A stretch of 64,000 nucleotides of DNA from a virus (taxonomy: Duplodnaviria > Caudoviricetes). Below, piece after piece: positions 46,588 through 54,374 of this stretch. The position numbers and the translations under genes are program-made. The first letter of the stretch is position 1, and each line of letters starts with the position of its first letter. The notes below the pieces were generated by a model. That model had not been told where the DNA came from. It saw only the letters and a program-made list of their open reading frames with translations, and did not search any database. The DNA is taken from positions 9,283 through 73,282 of the IMG/VR virus record IMGVR_UViG_3300033120_000461. One strand, written 5' to 3'.

Positions 46588-46964
46588 TTTGCTGCTTTTG
46601 TGTGAGCGTCAACATTGAGGTAAGTTTTTGAAGCGAGACGCATCCCAAAGTAGACGGCATTGTTCACTGAGGCCTCATAGAAGTCCTCTGAGGTAAGAAA
46701 GCGACCAAGCTTACGTTCGAGACACCCAAAGTGAAGATGTCCTTTACGGTCAGGCATTGCAGCAAGCCAAACCCTATCCTCTACCATGTAAACCTCTCGA
46801 ACCTCTCCCCCACAATGAACGCAAGTACGAGCCGAATGAGAACCTCTACGGGTCAGTACATCGATCAGAAATTCCAGTTCTGGCCCACCGAGTCTGTCTT
46901 GCTCCTTGCGCAACCAAACGATCACTTCATCCAGCTTATCCCCAATTCGGAAGTTCTGAGTCAC
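46584..46964 (-). CDS. hypothetical phage protein with Zn-binding motif
   Basis: CVHC..YMVEDRVW..HLHFGCLERKLGR.L...DF, a widespread small phage family pattern. Confidence 0.75.
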   Translation of the reverse strand: MTQNFRIGDKLDEVIVWLRKEQDRLGGPELEFLIDVLTRRGSHSARTCVHCGGEVREVYMVEDRVWLAAMPDRKGHLHFGCLERKLGRFLTSEDFYEASVNNAVYFGMRLASKTYLNVDAHTKAAK

Positions 46965-46971
46965 CTTGACC

Positions 46972-47358
46972 CTACGCCCGACACTTGTTCGCTTCGTACT
47001 TTTGGAGTCGCTCTTTCAGGTACTCCAACTGAATGCGGCTGGGTTGAACGACCTGTTCGACCTCTTGGATCATGGCGCGATAGAACAGGACCATCCGACC
47101 ATTCCGCTTCTGCGTCTCGATCGCCTGCACTGCTGGTTGATTCGCGAACAGGTCCCCTACGGAAAAGACTGGCTCTCCTGTTGTTTGAAGAACCAGAGCG
47201 TCTCGCTCCCTCTCCATACAGGCAATCTTGTCCTGAGCCTCCATCTTCGCCTTCATAGCGTTTTCCAGATCACTATTCAGTGCCCTGATTTTCTGGATCA
47301 GTTCATCTCGGCTCATATCAACCAGGAACTCAGAATTTTTTACGTATTTCTGCATCAC
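46972..47358 (-). CDS. coiled-coil hypothetical protein
   Basis: GAGG SD; heptad-rich. Confidence 0.7.
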   Translation of the reverse strand: MMQKYVKNSEFLVDMSRDELIQKIRALNSDLENAMKAKMEAQDKIACMERERDALVLQTTGEPVFSVGDLFANQPAVQAIETQKRNGRMVLFYRAMIQEVEQVVQPSRIQLEYLKERLQKYEANKCRA

Positions 47359-47367
47359 AATCCTCTT

Positions 47368-47862
47368 TCAGTTGCTAGAAACTGAGGTGGGCTTCTTAGT
47401 CTTCCGAGTCCCTTTCTTAGGGGCTGCGGCCTTGGGGGCTTTGTTGAACTCTTCTGTCTGGTAGGCCTTTTCCAGATCTGGGTTCTCAAATGGAACCTCC
47501 AACCCACCTCCAGATACTTGGTAGCGGAAGTCCGAAAACCACTGTTCCAAGAGATACATGAAGGCAGCCGTCTTGTGTTCGTGCTTGAGACCGAAGTTCA
47601 TCAACACAACCTTGAGGGCGTACCAAGCCGCAGTCCCATCCACACCATCACGTGGGAGAAGAGCTAGATTGTGCCCCTCAAGACCCTTGTAAAACCAATT
47701 GGTGAAGAGGTTGTAGGCTCGGCTGGTGGATCCGTAGCTATGGGACTTGTACTGTTCTGGAACGTCTTTCATGGGAGGTACCCATGCAATCCCAGCAGCA
47801 AAAGCACAGTTGACCCCAACCAGATTTGGTACAGGGAAGGGAGTGATTGTAACCTCAGTCAC
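47368..47862 (-). CDS. conserved-looking hypothetical phage protein
   Basis: WFYKGL..PRDGVD..KHEHK..AFMYLLEQWF pattern common in phage accessory genes. Confidence 0.75.
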   Translation of the reverse strand: MTEVTITPFPVPNLVGVNCAFAAGIAWVPPMKDVPEQYKSHSYGSTSRAYNLFTNWFYKGLEGHNLALLPRDGVDGTAAWYALKVVLMNFGLKHEHKTAAFMYLLEQWFSDFRYQVSGGGLEVPFENPDLEKAYQTEEFNKAPKAAAPKKGTRKTKKPTSVSSN

Positions 47863-48183
47863 TTGTCTTCTTCCTCGTTGAGTGCGTTGTCACCAAGTCT
47901 TGTCATGGTGACCTGAATCTCGGTGATGGCATCTTGAGCCATTGTCAGATCTGATCCTTGAAGAGCAGAAGGGGCTTCAAGACCATATTTGAAAGCGTCA
48001 ATGGCCACTAGAAGCTGGTCTAGTGCATTGGTGTTCGCCACTACAGATTCCACCTCCCGAGCCATGGCTCGGATCAGGGGGCCATCTGTGGATTTCTCTT
48101 TGTCTCGTTGAGAAGCCTCCTCATACAGCCAACGGAGAAGTCGTCGACGATCGGTGAAATCGATCTCTGCCCACTTCTTCATT
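47859..48183 (-). CDS. hypothetical helical protein
   Basis: AAGGA-7nt-ATG at 48183 (MKKWAE); the ORF-track extension to 48278 only reads through the tandem repeat. Confidence 0.65.
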
Positions 48184-48191
48184 TCGAATCC

Positions 48192-48257
48192 TTGTTGCTG
48201 AGAGATTGGATCAGCACATCCATTTTCTTGTTGCTGAGGGATTGAGTCAGCACACAC
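48192..48257 (-). repeat. dispersed stem-loop repeat, tandem copies 2a and 2b (36-nt period)
   Basis: TGCTGA-CTCAATCCC-TCAGCA-ACAA then AAATGGATG-TGCTGA-TCCAATCTC-TCAGCA-ACAA, ending at the SD of the next gene. Confidence 0.9.
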
Positions 48258-48323
48258 GTCTTGAAAGAATGAAACCATTTGAGTGCCTCTTGCTGAGGGG
48301 GTAACGATCCTCTCAGGGTCTTT

Positions 48324-48860
48324 TCATTTCTGCTTACTCTTTGAGACACTTTTTTTTGAAGCTCTCTTTTTTTTGGTTTCTTGGACAGTGCCTTTTGGTT
48401 TCCCTCTGGGAGTAGTGAACGCTGCGTTCCCCCAACCAAGACGGATCCTGGCAAGCAGTCTGTCGTAAGAGATCTTCAGCTTCCGAGCCCAAGCTCTCTT
48501 GGTGCGGAGAACCCCATCGACCATGACCATATGGTCAGCATGGCTGTTTAGCCCTTGATTCTGTTGTGACGCTGTCTGCCAACTACACTCTCCGGGGCCA
48601 TAGTCACTGAAAGGAGTGAGACGTCCTATGGTCTTGTTCGCAGGTCGTTCACCCATGTCCTGGAGGAAGTTCTCAAACTTGCGCCACCTCTCTACGACAC
48701 AAACTCCAGCTCCCCCGTAGTTTTCGTAAGAGGGATGCTTCTTGTCGCAGCACCTTTGGATCATGGCTCTCCACGTGGTGTACGTGGGAGACTCTCTCCG
48801 ACCATCCTCACGCATGGTGCGATGGCCATGCAAGTGACTCGGGTGCCTATTCTTCTTCAT
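48324..48860 (-). CDS. HNH homing-endonuclease-like protein, possibly degenerate
   Basis: TWRAMIQRC..YENYGG.G..V.ERW..FENFLQDMGERP is the typical lead-in; core reads TIGRLTPFSDYGPGECSW instead of (T/S)(L/I)DRIDN...Y.P.NCRW. Confidence 0.8.
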   Translation of the reverse strand: MKKNRHPSHLHGHRTMREDGRRESPTYTTWRAMIQRCCDKKHPSYENYGGAGVCVVERWRKFENFLQDMGERPANKTIGRLTPFSDYGPGECSWQTASQQNQGLNSHADHMVMVDGVLRTKRAWARKLKISYDRLLARIRLGWGNAAFTTPRGKPKGTVQETKKKRASKKSVSKSKQK

Positions 48861-49704
48861 CGAAACCCAGAAGTCCCCCAAGACTTGTTGGGGCGCTAAC
48901 AACTTGAGGTGTCACAACCTCCTCCCACACACCACCTCTCTTTGGGAGCGTGAAGATTTCCCCGAGAGGAGCAAGACGTTCTTTTGCTACCTCCAAGGAC
49001 TTGGGGGATATGTCGCAGCCAGCAAAGGACCGGCCGGACTTCAACGCAGCTTCACCACAAGATGCAGATCCCATGAATGGGTCAATCACCAGGTCTCCTG
49101 GATTGCTGGAGTTTTCGATCAGGGTTCGTAGGAGTGAGACGGGCTTCTCAGTTGGGTATGCCTTATCCACTCTCGGTGCAGGGAGAACATCAGGCCACCC
49201 CAGATGGTTGAGTTTCCGCTTTCCCTTTTCAAGGAAGGAGATCTCCTCCTTCGAGTTCCGCCAATGGTACCCCATACCAATCTTGACATCATCCTCGGAC
49301 AGTTCCTTTTCAGGATCAATGACCTCGCCATCGTCCTTCCCACATACCTTCACCCATGAAAGACTCTTCCAGAAGACAAACCCAGCCTCACGGCCCATGG
49401 GCCTGACCACATCGATCATGGTCTCTTGGTCAGAAATCATGTAGAGATGGGAGTTCTTCTTCAGAACACGGTAGATTTCTGAGAGCAGTTCAGGAACCCT
49501 ATGGTTCCTGAAGATCTCGAACCATTCGTTCGAGGAGCCATCACTGACCTTCAGTCGAGTCGTGGTTCCCTTACTCCGATGCTTCTCCAAGCTCTCATAT
49601 GCGTAGTCCGTGACACACAAGTCTACACTCTCATCTGGTAGAGTTTTCAACCACGCCACGCTGTCCATTTGAGTGAGTGAGAACTTGGAAGGTTTATCAG
49701 TCAT
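48847..49704 (-). CDS. beta-class N4/N6 DNA methyltransferase
   Basis: Motif IV-like TDYAY N-terminal, YPTEKP, motif I DPFMGSAS C-terminal; AGGAG SD. Confidence 0.9.
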   Translation of the reverse strand: MTDKPSKFSLTQMDSVAWLKTLPDESVDLCVTDYAYESLEKHRSKGTTTRLKVSDGSSNEWFEIFRNHRVPELLSEIYRVLKKNSHLYMISDQETMIDVVRPMGREAGFVFWKSLSWVKVCGKDDGEVIDPEKELSEDDVKIGMGYHWRNSKEEISFLEKGKRKLNHLGWPDVLPAPRVDKAYPTEKPVSLLRTLIENSSNPGDLVIDPFMGSASCGEAALKSGRSFAGCDISPKSLEVAKERLAPLGEIFTLPKRGGVWEEVVTPQVVSAPTSLGGLLGFDEEE

Positions 49705-49719
49705 TGCTGTCTCCTAGAA

Positions 49720-49787
49720 TGGACCTTGACGGAATCGAACCGCCACCCCCGCCAATGCAGGGACGCTCCCAAAATAAGCCTAGGCCC
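49720..49787 (-). tRNA. tRNA-like element (Ala-type G3:U70 acceptor, degenerate anticodon arm)
   Basis: GGGCCT/AGGTCC acceptor + A73, GGCGG-TTCGATT-CCGTC T arm, GCTT/GAGC D stem; no canonical 5-bp/7-nt anticodon arm; no encoded CCA. Confidence 0.55.
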
Positions 49788-49808
49788 TAGAAACCTCAAA
49801 CTTAGCCT

Positions 49809-50072
49809 ATGAAAAATCCACACTGGTTCGTGTACGTCTTGCAAGGTTCTGGAAAGCCCGTGTTCTACACGGGCTGCACCACAGACCTATCCAGAAGGAT
49901 TCTCCAACACAATGGAAAAATGGAGGGAGGAGCAAAGTTCACCAGACAATACCGACCTTGGGTAGTGGCTAAGATCTACGGACCCTTCCCCGATAGAAGT
50001 GCTGCTCAGAAGGCTGAGTACAAAGTGAAGAGACTTCGAGGCCCCAAGAGACTCCAATGGTCAGGGCTTTGA
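49809..50072 (+). CDS. minimal GIY-YIG nuclease (Slx1/UPF0213-like)
   Basis: FVYVL..FYTGCTTDLSRRILQHNG..GGAKFTR..RPW..AAQKAE. Confidence 0.9.
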   Translation: MKNPHWFVYVLQGSGKPVFYTGCTTDLSRRILQHNGKMEGGAKFTRQYRPWVVAKIYGPFPDRSAAQKAEYKVKRLRGPKRLQWSGL

Positions 50073-50163
50073 TTCTGGTTGGTCTGGTTGGCTGCAACTC
50101 TTTGGTACTGGTTGCGTGGCAAGGAGACCCGTTGGGGGAGGTCTTTGTTGAGTTTGGTTGTCA

Positions 50164-50529
50164 TCAACCGAACTCAACCCGAGTCAAGAAGAGCACGCCA
50201 TTTTCAATCCTGGCTTGTCTCTTCTCGATATTCTCTGGTGGTGGGCTGTAGGTGTCCTCATCTACTGTGGCATTCGCATTCGTCTGAGGTACTTCCGTAC
50301 CCACACGGCCAGGACCACGCTTGTTGACCACACGAACAAGGGCATTGAACTCCAACTGACGATCTCGATCGAACGTCCAGCAATGGCGCCCTTTCCTCTG
50401 CTTTGTGGCCTTGTTGTCGAACTCCGAATGCCAAGCAATCACGCTTCGTACAATGGAACCCAAAGGGCTCTCTTTCCAGACAACACCATTGGAGGCCAAG
50501 ACCTCAACACCACAGAAGGCACATTTCAT
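50164..50529 (-). CDS. hypothetical Cys/His protein
   Basis: CAFCG..WH..GRHC; convergent with GIY-YIG. Confidence 0.6.
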   Translation of the reverse strand: MKCAFCGVEVLASNGVVWKESPLGSIVRSVIAWHSEFDNKATKQRKGRHCWTFDRDRQLEFNALVRVVNKRGPGRVGTEVPQTNANATVDEDTYSPPPENIEKRQARIENGVLFLTRVEFG

Positions 50530-50538
50530 AGCTGAACC

Positions 50539-50934
50539 TCATTCCTTTTTTGCACACTCAGGTTTCCAGGTAAGCAAACCCTCTTCAGATGTACGCTGGA
50601 AACCATTTTTCAGGTAGAACCGTTTCTGATCTTCAGGATCCTCGCCATACCCACCAGGTGTGACAACCACCAGTTGTGGTGACTGCTCCCAAGCAGCCTT
50701 GAGTGCTGCCTGAAGAATCAGGCTACCTGCCCCTTGGCCTCTTCCAAAACTATGAGGCACGTTCACCCGATTGATGTACCAGCACTTCCCAGAGGTAGGC
50801 AATCCAGGTACCTTCAAAATCTCTGCATCAATGAGGGTCAGGGATGCGATGGCTAGACGATGACCTTTAACCAAGCTTGCCGAAACCTCCATATCGTTGC
50901 GGTTGACATGGACTGGTAGGGCAAGCTCATTCAT
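50539..50934 (-). CDS. GNAT-family acetyltransferase
   Basis: INRVNV..GRGQGAGSLIL (motif A) and RFYLKNGF. Confidence 0.85.
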   Translation of the reverse strand: MNELALPVHVNRNDMEVSASLVKGHRLAIASLTLIDAEILKVPGLPTSGKCWYINRVNVPHSFGRGQGAGSLILQAALKAAWEQSPQLVVVTPGGYGEDPEDQKRFYLKNGFQRTSEEGLLTWKPECAKKE

Positions 50935-51445
50935 GTGGATCGCCTTCATCAAGGGCACAGAAACAATCTTGCATGAGCGCTGACTGCTTCTGCACCTCAT
51001 CATCCTCTTCTGAAATGCGGAACCCATGAGAGGTCACTTCCACAGGAGTCATCTTACCCCCATTGTAGTCAAACACCCTCACGTTGCTGCGGTGGATGGT
51101 CTCTACCGTTGTGTAGCTGGTTCTCAACCGTAAGTTGGGTAGTTGGTTGAGCATGATGCACAGGGATAGCTCGCGCACCACCACGTCACTCTCTGTGAAC
51201 AGAAGCACAGGCCCATGAGTGCACCTCTCTACAGCGGCACGAGTTTCCCTCCGAGCTTGACGAACACTCAACGCGCCCGAGACTTCAAGAGAAACTCTGT
51301 TTTGCCCACGTGCGATGTCAACAAGTGGTGTACACAGCTTCTTCATCCCAAATACGATGACAAGCTGAGCACTCTCCAACGCCTCTCTTAGACTGCTGCT
51401 TGGTTTGTGTTCAGAAAACGTCCTGGTACCCATGGATTCAATCAT
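50927..51445 (-). CDS. hypothetical protein resembling the C-terminal part of an ABC/AAA_15-type ATPase
   Basis: LLFTESDVVVRELSLCIML resembles the ITTHSDYIIKELN H-loop region; no Walker A. Confidence 0.4.
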   Translation of the reverse strand: MIESMGTRTFSEHKPSSSLREALESAQLVIVFGMKKLCTPLVDIARGQNRVSLEVSGALSVRQARRETRAAVERCTHGPVLLFTESDVVVRELSLCIMLNQLPNLRLRTSYTTVETIHRSNVRVFDYNGGKMTPVEVTSHGFRISEEDDEVQKQSALMQDCFCALDEGDPHE

Positions 51446-52383
51446 CGTACGAGCTTACGGAAGGTGAGTGAGATGCGCCCATCACACTCAGTGTGGTGCT
51501 TTGGGATCTTGTGGAGGTGTGTGTCCTGATAACCACCTGGCATCACGAACAGACCACCTTGGGTCATGAGGTACTTTCCAGAGTCTGGGACATCACCCTT
51601 GTCGCCCCTCTTCTTGGTGTAGAGGTAGCGCTCCGCCCCAAACGAGATCACGGCAATCGGGTGTTGCAAGTCCTGCTCTGGCGAGTCATCAGCATGCCAA
51701 CCAAGGTGTTGGAAGCGGTCTTTGTAGTAGTTGAGTACGCATACGTTGTACTCTGTACCCCTCTGGTTGAGCTTCTCCATGATGGACAAAACCGCAGGGT
51801 GCATCTCTACCGCATGGTAAGTGTGGAGTGCTTCCCTTGTCTCGTTGTTGTTGCCATACGAGTACGACTGAGGCGCATTCTCCGAAGCCATGAAGCACTC
51901 ATCTCTGGGTGCAGAACGGTTCACCCAGGCTACCTCGTCACGAAGAACGGGGAAGAGGTTGAGTGTTACGAACTCTGGTTCGAATGTAGGGGTCGTCATT
52001 GGCAAGACTCTGGGGATGGGTAGATGGTTTTGAGCGATGTCGCTGAAGTCGATCTTGTATACAGAGAGCAACTTCAGATCAATATCCAGTTCGAGAACAT
52101 GAAGGAAACCACTTCGAATCGATGAATACAAGTCGAATTCAAGGAATTCGTCTTTTAGTATGTCAACATCCACCTGGGAGATGGTGGACACAAGAAAGAC
52201 CAGACAGTCCTTCAGGATGTTGCACATGTAGTACAGGTTCAGACCTTGAGGGGTCTGTGCGATGTAGATAACTGGCACCCCATCGTACTCGAATATGACC
52301 TCGTGAGGTTCATGTGCTTCGATACCCTCAAGAGGGTAGACCACGGCATCAGGCTTGAGGTGTGAACTACCTGAGTACATCAT
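51442..52383 (-). CDS. AlkB-like 2OG-Fe(II) dioxygenase with extra N-terminal domain
   Basis: LNYY..LGWHADD..IAVISFGAER..HLHKIPK..RISLTFR gives HxD..H and R..R; about 128 extra N-terminal aa. Confidence 0.9.
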   Translation of the reverse strand: MMYSGSSHLKPDAVVYPLEGIEAHEPHEVIFEYDGVPVIYIAQTPQGLNLYYMCNILKDCLVFLVSTISQVDVDILKDEFLEFDLYSSIRSGFLHVLELDIDLKLLSVYKIDFSDIAQNHLPIPRVLPMTTPTFEPEFVTLNLFPVLRDEVAWVNRSAPRDECFMASENAPQSYSYGNNNETREALHTYHAVEMHPAVLSIMEKLNQRGTEYNVCVLNYYKDRFQHLGWHADDSPEQDLQHPIAVISFGAERYLYTKKRGDKGDVPDSGKYLMTQGGLFVMPGGYQDTHLHKIPKHHTECDGRISLTFRKLVR

Positions 52384-52835
52384 TTGAGCAACGATCCAAA
52401 GCGATCAGGCAACTGGAGGTGCGCTGGCGTTGAGTCAAAGAACTTGCTGTTGAGGTACTGAGCGACCCCTTTGTTGTGGATGAGGATATCGCAACGAAAG
52501 ATCCCAGCTGCTTTTTCTTCCTCGGTCTGCTCGACGGCAATCACTTCCCATGCTGGGTGAAGGAAACGTTCCAACGTTGCCTTCACGGCATCATCGACAA
52601 TCTTAGTGTATGCGGCTTTGAACCGCTTCAACCTCGCCTTTGACCAAGCCCGCTTGAATGGCTGGCCAACACGAATCAAGTCGATTGTCTTCGCATCGAA
52701 GAACTTCGTGCGAGCAAGCTTACCTAATGCGAGTTTCAAGGCCTCAACATCTTGCTTTGAAGCATGGGTCCTACGTGCTTGACGCACACACCAATGCGCC
52801 AGCTTCGAATGCTTCACCCTACGAAATCGCTTCAT
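52380..52835 (-). CDS. basic hypothetical protein
   Basis: ATGA-coupled at both ends. Confidence 0.7.
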   Translation of the reverse strand: MKRFRRVKHSKLAHWCVRQARRTHASKQDVEALKLALGKLARTKFFDAKTIDLIRVGQPFKRAWSKARLKRFKAAYTKIVDDAVKATLERFLHPAWEVIAVEQTEEEKAAGIFRCDILIHNKGVAQYLNSKFFDSTPAHLQLPDRFGSLLK

Positions 52836-53350
52836 GGGTTCAACTTCATGCCACGCAGACCCATGTCCTTCAGAGCGAGGAATGCTTCAGCATTTCCCCG
52901 AGCGTCATCCACAGGGTCATGAGTGTGTTTGGTCTGTCGGAGGTGCTTGAAGTTCAGACTCATGTCCTTGACCAAGCCCTTGTAGAGAGAGCCAAGGTTT
53001 GTTGATGAGAACCCAAATGGGCAGCCTCCTGTGAAATGATGGAAGTACCAGCAGATGAACATCCAATCAAACCCGTTGTTGTCCGAGATGAATCTTGGGT
53101 TTGGGATCTGCTTCAACCATTCCCCAAATGCGGCCATCGAGAGACTGGGAGAAGGGAATGCAAGTGTCTCTTCTCGGGTGTGTCCACTGATGGACAGAGC
53201 CTTCGGGTCCCACTTATCCGAGATAGGGGCGAGCTTCCTTCCGAAAGACCTACGTAGGCCTGGCTCGACAACAACAGCCCCAAGAGAGATCATCGAGTAG
53301 TCCCCAGGAATGGGGCCATCGGCTTCAACATCAACCATTACGTATGTCAC
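52832..53350 (-). CDS. DEDDh 3'-5' exonuclease (Rv2179c/DUF5051-like)
   Basis: VDVEADGP, NNGFDW, HTHDPVDDA. Confidence 0.88.
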   Translation of the reverse strand: MTYVMVDVEADGPIPGDYSMISLGAVVVEPGLRRSFGRKLAPISDKWDPKALSISGHTREETLAFPSPSLSMAAFGEWLKQIPNPRFISDNNGFDWMFICWYFHHFTGGCPFGFSSTNLGSLYKGLVKDMSLNFKHLRQTKHTHDPVDDARGNAEAFLALKDMGLRGMKLNP

Positions 53351-53907
53351 GAGACCACCTTCTTGGGAGTTGGGACTGGAACATCAGCACACACGAACTT
53401 TGGCAAAAGACCCAGTGTCTTCGCAGCTTCAGTCATACGCACTGTGGCATCATCGAATGCCTGACTAACGTTTCGAAGCCCGAGTTCACACGCACAGTCT
53501 ACTTTGTACGTGATGAAGTCATGAATCGTGTGGTCTTTGCCAAACGGGGTTTTGCAGATTGGACACTCCACACGACTAGCGTCTCGAAGAGTGATGGCGA
53601 CATGGCGTTCGGTAGGCTTCGAGCAACCTTCCACAAGTGTCATTTTTGGGGCGAGCCAGTCAAAAGCGGCGTTAAAAAGCCTGGTGGAGGCTACCACCAA
53701 TTCTTTCGCCTCCACTTCTTCGAGTCGGAGAGGGCACCAATCAGGTGGAGAATTGGAAGAACCACCCAAAACAACGGGTCTTTCAGTCAAACTCCCGATT
53801 GGGGTTGGGTCTTTCTTGCAGTGTGCAGGAGCCCAGTAACTCCCATGGTCATCAATCCTACGTGCGTAGTGGGAACAATCGCTACAGGTCTTTGGAAGAG
53901 AGTTCAT
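53347..53907 (-). CDS. Cys-rich protein (PxxCPL domain + CPIC domain)
   Basis: CSDC..HC..PPDWCPL; ECPIC..DCAC; ATGA overlap at 53904-53907. Confidence 0.7.
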   Translation of the reverse strand: MNSLPKTCSDCSHYARRIDDHGSYWAPAHCKKDPTPIGSLTERPVVLGGSSNSPPDWCPLRLEEVEAKELVVASTRLFNAAFDWLAPKMTLVEGCSKPTERHVAITLRDASRVECPICKTPFGKDHTIHDFITYKVDCACELGLRNVSQAFDDATVRMTEAAKTLGLLPKFVCADVPVPTPKKVVS

Positions 53908-54374
53908 GATTCTCCTTGTAACGGTTGACCCAGGTCTTTTTCCGAGAGACGATCCTTCAACCTCTGGATTTCCCAAGTTTTCTCTACAAGAAGATCACTC
54001 AGCCTAAGGTTTTCCTGAGTCTTCTCTTCAAGGAGAACTTTTTGTCTCGCACAGGTCTTCTCCGCCTCCAAGAGTTCTTGGACCTTTTGGTCAAGACGAG
54101 ACTCAAGAGTCTCATAGGCAAAGTGGTCAACGAGAACGACCGAATCAAAGTGACCCATTCTCCGAGTAGCCCCTTGACCAACAAAGACTATCTGTGGTTT
54201 TGCCCCCTCGTTCGAGGGGTCCTCCGCTGAATTCCAAAGCTGAGAGAACGAGGCCCTATTTTGTCTTGCACTCTCCTCAGTGGCGCACACGAAGAGAACA
54301 CTCCGGCCAGACTTGAGGGTCTGAAGTGCAGCTTCGAGTACGACAGTTGTGCTTCCGGTCCTACGACTGGTCAT
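53904..54374 (-). CDS. degenerate P-loop-like domain + coiled coil
   Basis: SRRTGSTT (Walker A-like, K absent), VLFVC, VLVDH (Walker B-like). Confidence 0.55.
   Translation of the reverse strand: MTSRRTGSTTVVLEAALQTLKSGRSVLFVCATEESARQNRASFSQLWNSAEDPSNEGAKPQIVFVGQGATRRMGHFDSVVLVDHFAYETLESRLDQKVQELLEAEKTCARQKVLLEEKTQENLRLSDLLVEKTWEIQRLKDRLSEKDLGQPLQGES

Noticed and set aside
48192-48257. CRISPR mini-array
   Set aside because: Only two copies, directly adjacent with no unique spacer; no cas genes; no resemblance to repeat classes I recognise.
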